64,000 bases of DNA, from IMG/VR virus record IMGVR_UViG_3300042566_001512, positions 124,001 through 188,000 of that record; one strand, written 5' to 3'. This document shows positions 20,587 to 29,205 of the stretch, in pieces (position 1 is the stretch's first letter; each line of letters begins with the position of its first letter). The position numbers were made by a program, and so were the translations under genes. The notes below the pieces were generated by a model. That model did not search any database. It was given only the letters and a program-made list of their open reading frames with translations, and was not told where the DNA came from.

Positions 20587-20652
20587 TTTATGGCTTCTAC
20601 AACGTAGATATTAATATATAGCATTTAAAGTTTTTAATAAAAGGAATAAGTC

Positions 20653-21651
20653 GTGGAAACATCTAATAAAATAAGATCACTAAATAGAATACCGTTTGAT
20701 TTCGTTGACGGTCTTTTGGTCAAAGGAATAGGAATAGACGATTTGGTGGACACGGCGACGGAAGCCGCATCTTCTGCAGCCGCAAGTGCTGCAAGTGCTG
20801 CACAGTCAGCATACCTGGCCGGTATAAATGCTACAGCTGAAGCCGCTGCAGCCGCAGCCGATGCTGTGTATGATCAACTTGAAGACATTAAGGTGCAGAC
20901 GGAGGTAGCCAGAGACGGCGCAGTAATTTCGGCCAACTCCGCTTCAGATTATTCCAATAGTGCCCAAGGCAGCGCGTTTACGGCTTCTCAACAGGCGCAA
21001 CAAGCTGAGAATAGTGCAGTAGCGGCGAGCGCCCTGGCGGCGGCGGCAGCCGGTAGTGCTTCGACTGCTAGCGGCTACAGTGAAACGGCCCTTCAGGCAG
21101 CAATTACCGCCACAAACGAGGCACAGTCGGCGGAACAATCGGCCGCCGTAGCTACCACTAAAGCACAAGAGGCAGTCCTTGCAGCAAGTGACCCGGGTGT
21201 AGTAGCCGTAGGAGCCGACTTGTTAGGTGCAGACACAATAGGTACGGTTGCTGCCGTTTCGCAGGAAGTTGTAAAACTTGCCGGATTGGAAGAAGAAATA
21301 GTATCGCTGGCATCGGGGGTTGTTCCTACCAGAGTCGTCACAATTGCAAATGGTAACTCTATTTCTATAAACGCCGATTTGACAGACGTGGCAGTGCAAT
21401 CGAATAGTCAAGTGGACGGCACACTTACTATAAACGCACCCACAGGAACACCTGGCGATTCTCAAAGATTAATAATTAGATTAAAAACCGACAATATTCA
21501 AAACCTAGCATGGAACGGCGTGTTTCAGGGATCTTCCGTCATGCCTCTTCCCTCGGTATCCTCCGGCTTTGGATTTATTGACTATTTTGGTTTTTTCTAC
21601 GACAGCACTACTAGTAAATGGCAGCTTGTTTCTTTTGTTGGAGGTTTTTAA
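20653..21651 (+). CDS. Tail fibre protein 2 (shared N-terminal motif, Ala-rich coiled-coil stalk)
   Basis: NKIRSLNRIPFDFVDGL start, long SAAxA heptad region, C-terminal LTINAPTGTP...WQLV domain. Confidence 0.7.
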   Translation: METSNKIRSLNRIPFDFVDGLLVKGIGIDDLVDTATEAASSAAASAASAAQSAYLAGINATAEAAAAAADAVYDQLEDIKVQTEVARDGAVISANSASDYSNSAQGSAFTASQQAQQAENSAVAASALAAAAAGSASTASGYSETALQAAITATNEAQSAEQSAAVATTKAQEAVLAASDPGVVAVGADLLGADTIGTVAAVSQEVVKLAGLEEEIVSLASGVVPTRVVTIANGNSISINADLTDVAVQSNSQVDGTLTINAPTGTPGDSQRLIIRLKTDNIQNLAWNGVFQGSSVMPLPSVSSGFGFIDYFGFFYDSTTSKWQLVSFVGGF

Positions 21652-21879
21652 ATGATTACAATAGATTTCGAAAGAACGGACGGCAACTACACTTTCAGAG
21701 ATGCGATTATACTTCCAGACGACCACGCGTTAACAGAAGAACAAATAGAAGAAATTAAAGATCGGCGCTGGTCAGAATGGTTAAAAGTATTGACGTCGCC
21801 GCCTCCTGCTCTGGACCAAGGCGCGATTGACTTTTTAGACCCAAATAACCAGGTCGATAAAGAGGTAAACAATGGCTGA
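21652..21879 (+). CDS. Small fibre-associated protein
   Basis: 75 aa with GGAGG RBS, coupled between fibre and adhesin genes. Confidence 0.6.
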   Translation: MITIDFERTDGNYTFRDAIILPDDHALTEEQIEEIKDRRWSEWLKVLTSPPPALDQGAIDFLDPNNQVDKEVNNG

Positions 21880-23647
21880 TCGTTATTGGGTAGGCGGTGG
21901 CGGCACATGGAGCTCCACTATTACGACTAACTGGAGCGAAACTAGCGGTGGAGCGGGGGGCGCTAGCGCGCCGACTAGTTTAGACGATGTCTATTTTGAT
22001 GCAAACAGTGACGCGGGAAGTCCTTTTACGGTAACTATATCTACTGGCGCAGTTAATAGAAATATTAAAGTTACGTCATTAGATCAAACAATGACTTTTG
22101 GCGGTACAGGCACTTGGTCTGTTCATGGCGACTTAGAATTTACTACCGGCGGTCTCTTGGTTAATTCTCACCAAGGAAGCATGAATTTTAATGGCACCGC
22201 CGGAGTAACTAACTACATAAAGACTAACGGAGTTGTGCTGGTGCCCGGTGGCGGGGCCAGTAATTCGCCCTTTAATATTAGATTGAATATAAATTCTGGT
22301 AAATGGGTATTAGGTTCCGCGCTTTCGATAACACCGCAAAGTTATATGGGTGGTTTTTATGTTAATGGCGGAATATTAGACACCTCGGGATATAATTTAA
22401 CAGGGGTGGGATTACAAATCACGGGATCGGCGTCAAAAGAGATATATTTAAGAAACTCCACCGTAACATTAACGTCAAGTTTCTATAATCCTTCTACTGC
22501 CGGATCTTTGTTGTTTGACGCCGGTACGTCTACTCTTAATTTTGGTGTTCTTGGCTCCATCGGCACCAGCGGACAATCTCTTAACTTTTATAATGTAAAT
22601 TTCGGCACTACATCTAGGGGTTCTTCTTCAATCGGTGGCGCGGCCGTATCTTTTAATAAGTTGACTATTGCGGATTCTGTATATAACAGCCCGGTTGTTC
22701 TTTCTGGTAATATAACAACAAACGAATTAGACATAAAGTCATATTGTACAATTATAAGTGACAGTCTTGGGACCCAAAGAACACTTACAATTAATTCCGC
22801 GTTTACTGCAAGCAGTAACCCGATATTGTTTAGGGACGTAAATGTCGCCGGGCCACTGGCTCCTATATCGGGTGCTAATTTTGGCGATGCAGGTAACAAT
22901 TCCGGTATAACGTTTCGCCCAGCAAAAACTCTTTACTCCAGATCTTCTTCGCTTTTTTTATATACATCGTTTACTTGGTCAGACACTAGTAACGGAGTAG
23001 CTAATCATTATCTTTTGCCACAGGATACCGGCATAATAGATAACAATAGTCAAAGCAATATAGCGTGGCCATATTCTGCGGCCTATTTCTTTGGTACGCT
23101 AAACGCCGAAACTAGAACCACTCCGTTGACTTTAAGTATAAACATCAGCGCCGCCACGCAGTCTTTATATTACGCTACATTTGTTGGTGATTTTAAACTA
23201 TCGAGCTCCGTTACTCTTACTACCCCAAGTGGCTCTGGAATAGGTCAAATACTATCATTCCAAGGTAACAAAAATCAAAAAATAAAGTTAAGCGGACAGC
23301 AAATAAATACAATTAGTATAAGTAAAGTTAATTCTTCTTTAGATTTAGAGAGCGATCTCAATATAGTTAATACCAGAATTTTTGATATATCCTCAGGGAC
23401 CTTTAACACTAATAACTATAACTTGACCTGTGGTTTCTTTTCATCTAGTAATACCTCCATTCGCAACATAAATTTAGGTACTAGTAAAATTACCCTGACT
23501 GGCACCGGGGTAGTTTGGAACACCGCCACTGCTACAAATCTAGTGCTTTCGGCGCAAAATTCTACAATCGCACTAAAAAACTCAGGAGATCAGAGTTTTG
23601 CCGGCGGTGGATTAAACTACGGTAAATTGTCAGTGGAGAACCCATAA
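21872..23647 (+). CDS. Ser/Thr/Gly-rich beta-helical adhesin A
   Basis: MADRYWVGGGGTW...APTSLDDVYFDANS N-terminus; beta-solenoid-like composition. Confidence 0.65.
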   Translation: MADRYWVGGGGTWSSTITTNWSETSGGAGGASAPTSLDDVYFDANSDAGSPFTVTISTGAVNRNIKVTSLDQTMTFGGTGTWSVHGDLEFTTGGLLVNSHQGSMNFNGTAGVTNYIKTNGVVLVPGGGASNSPFNIRLNINSGKWVLGSALSITPQSYMGGFYVNGGILDTSGYNLTGVGLQITGSASKEIYLRNSTVTLTSSFYNPSTAGSLLFDAGTSTLNFGVLGSIGTSGQSLNFYNVNFGTTSRGSSSIGGAAVSFNKLTIADSVYNSPVVLSGNITTNELDIKSYCTIISDSLGTQRTLTINSAFTASSNPILFRDVNVAGPLAPISGANFGDAGNNSGITFRPAKTLYSRSSSLFLYTSFTWSDTSNGVANHYLLPQDTGIIDNNSQSNIAWPYSAAYFFGTLNAETRTTPLTLSINISAATQSLYYATFVGDFKLSSSVTLTTPSGSGIGQILSFQGNKNQKIKLSGQQINTISISKVNSSLDLESDLNIVNTRIFDISSGTFNTNNYNLTCGFFSSSNTSIRNINLGTSKITLTGTGVVWNTATATNLVLSAQNSTIALKNSGDQSFAGGGLNYGKLSVENP

Positions 23648-26600
23648 TGAAAACGGTAACGATCACTGGAGTAAATACATTTAAAGAAATATCGGACACT
23701 AATTGGAATTCCGATACTCTGACTATTGTTTTTCCAAACGCGACAACAAATATTGAGAAATGGACAGTGTATGGATCGGCGGCATATCCTGTTACTTTGT
23801 CTAGAACGGGTTCGTCGGGCTCTTTTACCCTGAACTACACGGGGACGAGCAACATATCTTCCGATTATATTAACGTATCTAACGGCGCTGGACTTCCTTC
23901 CAACACGTGGTATCTTGGGCCAAACAGTGTTAACGGCGTAAATACCTCTGGATTTATTTTTACGTATGGTGCAGTAAGGTATTGGGTGGGCGGCACCGGT
24001 ACGTGGGATCATCAAAGCGCAACAAATTGGGCATACCAAAGTGGCGGTTTCGCCGGGGCGCCGGCTCCCACTAATCTAGATGACGTGTATTTCGATAATA
24101 ATAGCAGCAGCGGAGCTTTTACAGTAACCCTCGACAGCGGTTTTGTTGGAACAGGAAGCATAAGCGGAACCACACTGACTATTACCGCCGTTACTAAGGG
24201 AACCTTGGCTGTAGGAAAAAACATCTATTATAATTTATCTAATGTTTTTGCCCCTGATGCGGACTTATCTAACATAACTATACAAAGTATACTAACCGGA
24301 ACCGGGGGGGTTGGTACGTACAGAATAAGCACTAGCTTTTCCAACGTGACAAGTAGAGCGATATATTCCGATATACCAAGATGTCGAGATCGCGCGTCGC
24401 CCACTACAAATAGTTTAAGTTTTGTTGGATCCTCTCCAATAATAATATCCGGAAGCATAGAGGATTCTTTTTCTGTAAATAGCGCTGGCTATTCGTCCGT
24501 AATCATTTTAAACTCCGGATATAATTGCCGACTGGGCGCAGCGGCTTCATTAGCACGATATTTTCTAACCGGTTCTAATAATAGAACTCTGATAAGTTCA
24601 TTAAGCGCCTCGATGGTGTTCGTATACTCTGGCGGATTTAATACAAGCAATTTAAGCGTCACACTAAGTAATTTTTTATCGGCTGGTGGATCCTTAACTA
24701 GAAACATAGATCTTACATATTCTGAAATATTTTTAAGAGACGTATATAACTATCTTAACATAGTGAGCTCGGCAAACTTAACATTTAGTTCTATAAATTC
24801 AACAATATATCTTAACTTCTACTCCGGACACGAAACGGCAGGATTTTTAACTAACAACCTGCAATACGGAAATATTATTTTTCGACCGGCACCGGCTGGA
24901 AGCTCGTATGCAATTGTATATTTTACTGGAAATCTATATTGCAGAAACCTAAACATTGAGTCCATTCAGGGTTCTACTAATGCACAAGTAAACGTATGTT
25001 TCAACAGCGGCGCTTCTTCCTCTTTGCCTGTTTACGTAAACGTTTCAGAGAAGTTTACACTTCGTGGGTCCTCCGCTCTGGCCAGAAAGACGTTAGTGGG
25101 GTCGTGTGGCGAACTCAGCGCAAGCTTTAATAAGCCATCAAAGATATACATTACAGCAAGCCAATACGACATAGATTTCGTAGATTTTAGAGACGCAGAA
25201 TTCACAAACACAGTAATATCTGGACAAAGCATTGGAAATCTTGGCAATAACGCCGGCATTCAATTTACGCCACCCAAGACCGTTTATTGGAAAAACACCT
25301 CTACTTCTTACGCCGTTTGGAAGAGTGCATCTTACGCGTTAACCGAAGACGGCGTGGGTTCTTTTGATAACTATCCATTGGCACAAGACACTGTAATTTT
25401 TACAGATGCAGGAATAGGGGCAAGTGCGTCCATTGGGTTTTTAAATCCATATGACGGACTTGCCGGCAACATCGACATGTCCAGATTAACAAAACCCCTG
25501 ACCTTTAACTGGACGGCATTTACTGGCGGTGGGGGATATAAGGGCATATACGGCGACTTTATTTTATCTAACAGCGTAACAATCAATAGCAACACTCCAA
25601 TCGCCTTCTATAATAGAAAAAATTCTATTATAGATACCAAAGGAAAGATCGCTAATGGATATTTCTTTAACAGCGAGAATTGCACCTTAACCATTCAAAG
25701 CCCATTAGTTACATCAGGAGCAGTGACTTTGGTTCGTGGTAATTTATCAATGCTTGCTGATATTACATGTGACACCTTCTCTAGTTCGGCGGTGTTCTTG
25801 AGAAGTGTTGATTTTGGTAGCAACTTTATTAATGTTACAGGATTTAACAAAGATGTAGTTTCAAGTACGTCATCTGGCACCGGCTGGTCTTGTAGTGGAA
25901 CAAAGATGTTTGTCCTACAGGGATCCCCCACTAGCGGAATAAGAAACGTTGGTGGAATAGCATCATCAAATGCCACACAGGATCAAGTGTATTCTTTCAA
26001 AGTAGCAGGTGGTTCTGATACTGTTAGAACGATTAATTTAAGTAGATTTAATAGTATCATTTTTGAAGACGAATTTACAGGATCTAATGGTATTCTGTGG
26101 AATTATATTTTTGGAGACTTAAGGTTTTCTGGTAACATGACTATAACTCCAACTCCAAGTGGAAGTGCGCATGATCTCTATTTTGTTGGATCAAAACAAC
26201 AAAACTTAACAACTAACGGCGTTAATGTACCGAGGACATGTATTATTGCAAAAGACACGGGATCTAACGTTGTTCTTCAAGATGACGTTAATTTTATTCA
26301 GCATCTTAACAATAGCCAAAAGGTTCAGCTGCAATCTGGAACCTTAAATTTAAATGGCCGTAAGCTGACTACGGTTTCGTTCTCTTCAGAAACGTCAAGT
26401 CTGAAAAGCGTTAATTTTGCAAACGGTTCTTTGGTTGTGTCCGGGTCCTCTTTTTCTAATACTTCCACGGCCTTAACTATAACGGGCCCAGGAACCATTA
26501 GCATGACGAGTAACGCGGCTAAAACGTTTGCAGGTGGAGGGTATCAGAGCTACCCTACGCTTAATCAGGGGGGAGCAGGGACTCTTACAATAACCGGAGC

Positions 26601-26961
26601 CAACGGGTTTCAGGCGATAACGGACACGGATTCGCAGTCCACTATAGTGTTTCCTTCTAACTCCACCACAAGAGTAAACGACTTTAGGCTAAGGGGCGAA
26701 CCCGGTAAAATTTTGTCACTACAATCCTCGGTATCTGGGCAGCGGGCTACGCTTACATACTCCGGGATATCGAGCGGCCCAATATTGACTAGCTACGCAT
26801 CTATTAAAGACATCTCGGTTACTGGGGCGCAGTGGAATTCTCCAGTAAATTACGGATGTGTTGACGCGGGTAATAACGTAGGTTGGAACTTTGGCAACGT
26901 TTCTCTTAAAAGAGATTTCTCGCCGTTTATGGCAGTTCCTATACCTATTGGTGCAAATTAA
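23647..26961 (+). CDS. Ser/Thr/Gly-rich beta-helical adhesin B
   Basis: 1104 aa; internal RYWVGGTGTW...APTNLDDVYFDNNS; ends DAGNNVGWNF; paralog of adhesin A. Confidence 0.65.
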   Translation: MKTVTITGVNTFKEISDTNWNSDTLTIVFPNATTNIEKWTVYGSAAYPVTLSRTGSSGSFTLNYTGTSNISSDYINVSNGAGLPSNTWYLGPNSVNGVNTSGFIFTYGAVRYWVGGTGTWDHQSATNWAYQSGGFAGAPAPTNLDDVYFDNNSSSGAFTVTLDSGFVGTGSISGTTLTITAVTKGTLAVGKNIYYNLSNVFAPDADLSNITIQSILTGTGGVGTYRISTSFSNVTSRAIYSDIPRCRDRASPTTNSLSFVGSSPIIISGSIEDSFSVNSAGYSSVIILNSGYNCRLGAAASLARYFLTGSNNRTLISSLSASMVFVYSGGFNTSNLSVTLSNFLSAGGSLTRNIDLTYSEIFLRDVYNYLNIVSSANLTFSSINSTIYLNFYSGHETAGFLTNNLQYGNIIFRPAPAGSSYAIVYFTGNLYCRNLNIESIQGSTNAQVNVCFNSGASSSLPVYVNVSEKFTLRGSSALARKTLVGSCGELSASFNKPSKIYITASQYDIDFVDFRDAEFTNTVISGQSIGNLGNNAGIQFTPPKTVYWKNTSTSYAVWKSASYALTEDGVGSFDNYPLAQDTVIFTDAGIGASASIGFLNPYDGLAGNIDMSRLTKPLTFNWTAFTGGGGYKGIYGDFILSNSVTINSNTPIAFYNRKNSIIDTKGKIANGYFFNSENCTLTIQSPLVTSGAVTLVRGNLSMLADITCDTFSSSAVFLRSVDFGSNFINVTGFNKDVVSSTSSGTGWSCSGTKMFVLQGSPTSGIRNVGGIASSNATQDQVYSFKVAGGSDTVRTINLSRFNSIIFEDEFTGSNGILWNYIFGDLRFSGNMTITPTPSGSAHDLYFVGSKQQNLTTNGVNVPRTCIIAKDTGSNVVLQDDVNFIQHLNNSQKVQLQSGTLNLNGRKLTTVSFSSETSSLKSVNFANGSLVVSGSSFSNTSTALTITGPGTISMTSNAAKTFAGGGYQSYPTLNQGGAGTLTITGANGFQAITDTDSQSTIVFPSNSTTRVNDFRLRGEPGKILSLQSSVSGQRATLTYSGISSGPILTSYASIKDISVTGAQWNSPVNYGCVDAGNNVGWNFGNVSLKRDFSPFMAVPIPIGAN

Positions 26962-27001
26962 CTATTATAAATTAATTTACTAATTTTTTTTAATTATATA
27001 C

Positions 27002-27037
27002 AGCATAAATGGGAGGGCGAGCCCTCCCATTTATGCT
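27002..27037. terminator. 17-bp hairpin (CATA...TATG family)
   Basis: AGCATAAATGGGAGGGC-GA-GCCCTCCCATTTATGCT. Confidence 0.7.
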
Positions 27038-27101
27038 ATGGTCGCTATAAAGAATAAAATTATTTTAATGGTTTTCAATTATTTTAAACTAAGGAACACT
27101 A

Positions 27102-27962
27102 ATGGCTACACCTAATAAGTTAAGATCACTAAACAGATTACCGTTTGATTTTGTGGACGGGTTAAAGATAAAAGGAACCGACGTAACGGATTTAATGTTT
27201 TTATTTTCCGATCAGGGTGCTTCTCTCGTTGGAAAGAACGGTGGCGGTTCTGTTCAAGACAAACTCGATGAAATAGACGGCCAAGAAAATACAGTAACTG
27301 GGCAATTTTCTTTATCTATATCTGGTTATAGAAACGAAATAACGGGCACTGCTACCGCCTGTTCGGGTAGAAACAACGATGTGTCCGGGAACGATTGTTT
27401 TGTAGCAGGAGACGGCAATACTTCAAGTGGAAATTGGACAACCGCATTCGGTTATAAAAACACAATATCGCACGATCACAGTCATGTAAGAGGCGGCTAC
27501 AACGGCATTACTAGTTGGAGTGGACAAGATGTACGCTGGTCGTACCGTAACTTAGAAGCCCCACTTACCCCAGCTCGTCAACATTTTTACCTGGACTTGA
27601 GCGACAACACTGCCACCACCGCAGCATCGCAGTTAAAGCTACTAAATGGGAGCGCGTTAATAGGCATTCCAGAGTTGAGTATTTGGAAATGTAAACTGCA
27701 AGTGGTCGCAATGAGTTCTGGAATAAAGGGCGCGTCTTTCGATATATCTTTCACTATACAAAGAGGCGCTAGTTCCACAGTTTTCTTGGGCACTATTGAC
27801 ACCGTTAGTAAATTAGATTCCGGCTTAGGCACGGCCTCAAACGCAGCATCGGCATCTGTTGCATTGTCTGGAAACAATTTAGTTGTAAATATACAGCCAA
27901 GACTGGACACTGCGCTTTCTATAAAGTGGGCCGGAACGCTTGAGGTTTTGGAAGTCAGGTGA
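27102..27962 (+). CDS. Tail fibre/spike protein 3 (shared N-terminal motif)
   Basis: NKLRSLNRLPFDFVDGL start, GASLVG motif, short G-x-x-N (YadA-head-like) repeats. Confidence 0.65.
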   Translation: MATPNKLRSLNRLPFDFVDGLKIKGTDVTDLMFLFSDQGASLVGKNGGGSVQDKLDEIDGQENTVTGQFSLSISGYRNEITGTATACSGRNNDVSGNDCFVAGDGNTSSGNWTTAFGYKNTISHDHSHVRGGYNGITSWSGQDVRWSYRNLEAPLTPARQHFYLDLSDNTATTAASQLKLLNGSALIGIPELSIWKCKLQVVAMSSGIKGASFDISFTIQRGASSTVFLGTIDTVSKLDSGLGTASNAASASVALSGNNLVVNIQPRLDTALSIKWAGTLEVLEVR

Positions 27963-27966
27963 CATT

Positions 27967-28005
27967 ATACGACATAAATGGGGGAGACCCCCATTTATGT
28001 CGTAT
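27967..28005. terminator. 18-bp hairpin between convergent genes (CATA...TATG family)
   Basis: ATACGACATAAATGGGGG-AGA-CCCCCATTTATGTCGTAT. Confidence 0.72.
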
Positions 28006-28016
28006 GTTTTTGAAAT

Positions 28017-28277
28017 TCAGTCAGTGCTGGTATTTTGACTGCCGCTCACTATTACGGCACCACACCCCGCGACGTCACCTGTTTTAATCCCACGTAACGA
28101 TTTACTTGTATAGCCCGCTGTGCCCGTTACGCCAGTAACCCCGTGACCGTCGATTGGGCAACTGTGCGAATCCCCACTAATGCACATAGGTATTCCGTTT
28201 ACAAGAACAGAAGAGCCTGCGCTTATCATGGTTCCGCCGTGCGAGCTTGAGTCACCTAACCTCACTACCTTTGCCAT
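28017..28277 (-). CDS. PAAR-domain spike tip protein
   Basis: VRLGDSSSHGG, VNGIP, GDSHSCPIDGHG and GDVAGCGAVIVSGS are PAAR hallmarks. Confidence 0.9.
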   Translation of the reverse strand: MAKVVRLGDSSSHGGTMISAGSSVLVNGIPMCISGDSHSCPIDGHGVTGVTGTAGYTSKSLRGIKTGDVAGCGAVIVSGSQNTSTD

Positions 28278-28287
28278 GGTATCTCCT

Positions 28288-29124
28288 TTAATTGATGCTG
28301 GTGGCAGCAGAACTAAGACTCAGACTACTTGAATCGGTTATAGAAGTTCCGCTTGAAGAGGATATACTAGTGCTACCAGATTTTATATCTATAGTAGAGT
28401 TGGCCTTAAGTACGTAGTCATTGCATTTAACAGTGTATGTCTGGGGTACAGTCACGTCCAAATTTGGTCCTTTCATATCGAAAATAGTATTGTCTACATT
28501 TTTTAGGACTATCTGCGTCTGACTAGAGTCCAATAAGACGTAATTACCAACGTCATCGGTTATGACCAGTTTACCATTTCCTGTGTCTAGTTGTATATCG
28601 TAACCAAACGGCTCAGCGTTATCTTTGCTAGTGTGCAGGGTTATTAGTTTTTTATGCGTGCTTATTTCTATAAAATAAAAAGTCTGGGAATTCATCTCTG
28701 CAGATTCGTTGGTCGTTGCACTAAACGCGTATATAACCGTCTCTAGCTTTCTTAGCTTAAGATCTTCATTTAGTGTGGCCCAAAAATACCTATCGGTGTC
28801 GCCAAACTTGTAAAGCATCACCATTTCCCCTCTACGCACGTCAGGGGGCGTTGTTCTGTTTGCTGCACCTATGGGTAGCCACTTAGCTTTGATGGTCGTA
28901 GTGGCCTGTACAGTGGCCTCGTAGCTCGATCCTAGGTTGTCTACAGCTTTAGCCGAGTAGTCAGTTGCGGCCGGTACTAGTTCGCCATCGAGCATCGGCA
29001 TCTCCTCGATGGGAGTTACTTCTACTTCTTTACTGGATAATAATTTATTTTCAGCTACCGTACCTAAAGAATAGAACTTCAGCTTACTAATTTGCGGTGC
29101 AAATGGATCAAAAACGTTTTCCAT
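28288..29124 (-). CDS. Baseplate central spike (phiKZ gp164-like)
   Basis: AKWLP...NRTTPPDVRRGEMV OB-fold part and Ser/Thr-rich beta-helix C-terminus, directly upstream of PAAR. Confidence 0.8.
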   Translation of the reverse strand: MENVFDPFAPQISKLKFYSLGTVAENKLLSSKEVEVTPIEEMPMLDGELVPAATDYSAKAVDNLGSSYEATVQATTTIKAKWLPIGAANRTTPPDVRRGEMVMLYKFGDTDRYFWATLNEDLKLRKLETVIYAFSATTNESAEMNSQTFYFIEISTHKKLITLHTSKDNAEPFGYDIQLDTGNGKLVITDDVGNYVLLDSSQTQIVLKNVDNTIFDMKGPNLDVTVPQTYTVKCNDYVLKANSTIDIKSGSTSISSSSGTSITDSSSLSLSSAATSIN

Positions 29125-29205
29125 AATTAAAATATTTCCTTTTTGTGTTAAACTATTTTTTAGTCATATGAAGTGTTTCACAGATACTATCTAGCATAAA
29201 TAAAA

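Noticed and set aside
10129-27962. Diversity-generating retroelement or invertase shufflon in the fibre region
   Set aside because: No reverse transcriptase or recombinase in the window, and no near-identical nucleotide repeats seen by eye; the similarities are at protein level.
28017-29124. PAAR plus spike as a type VI secretion locus
   Set aside because: The context is a contractile phage tail and no T6SS core genes are present.
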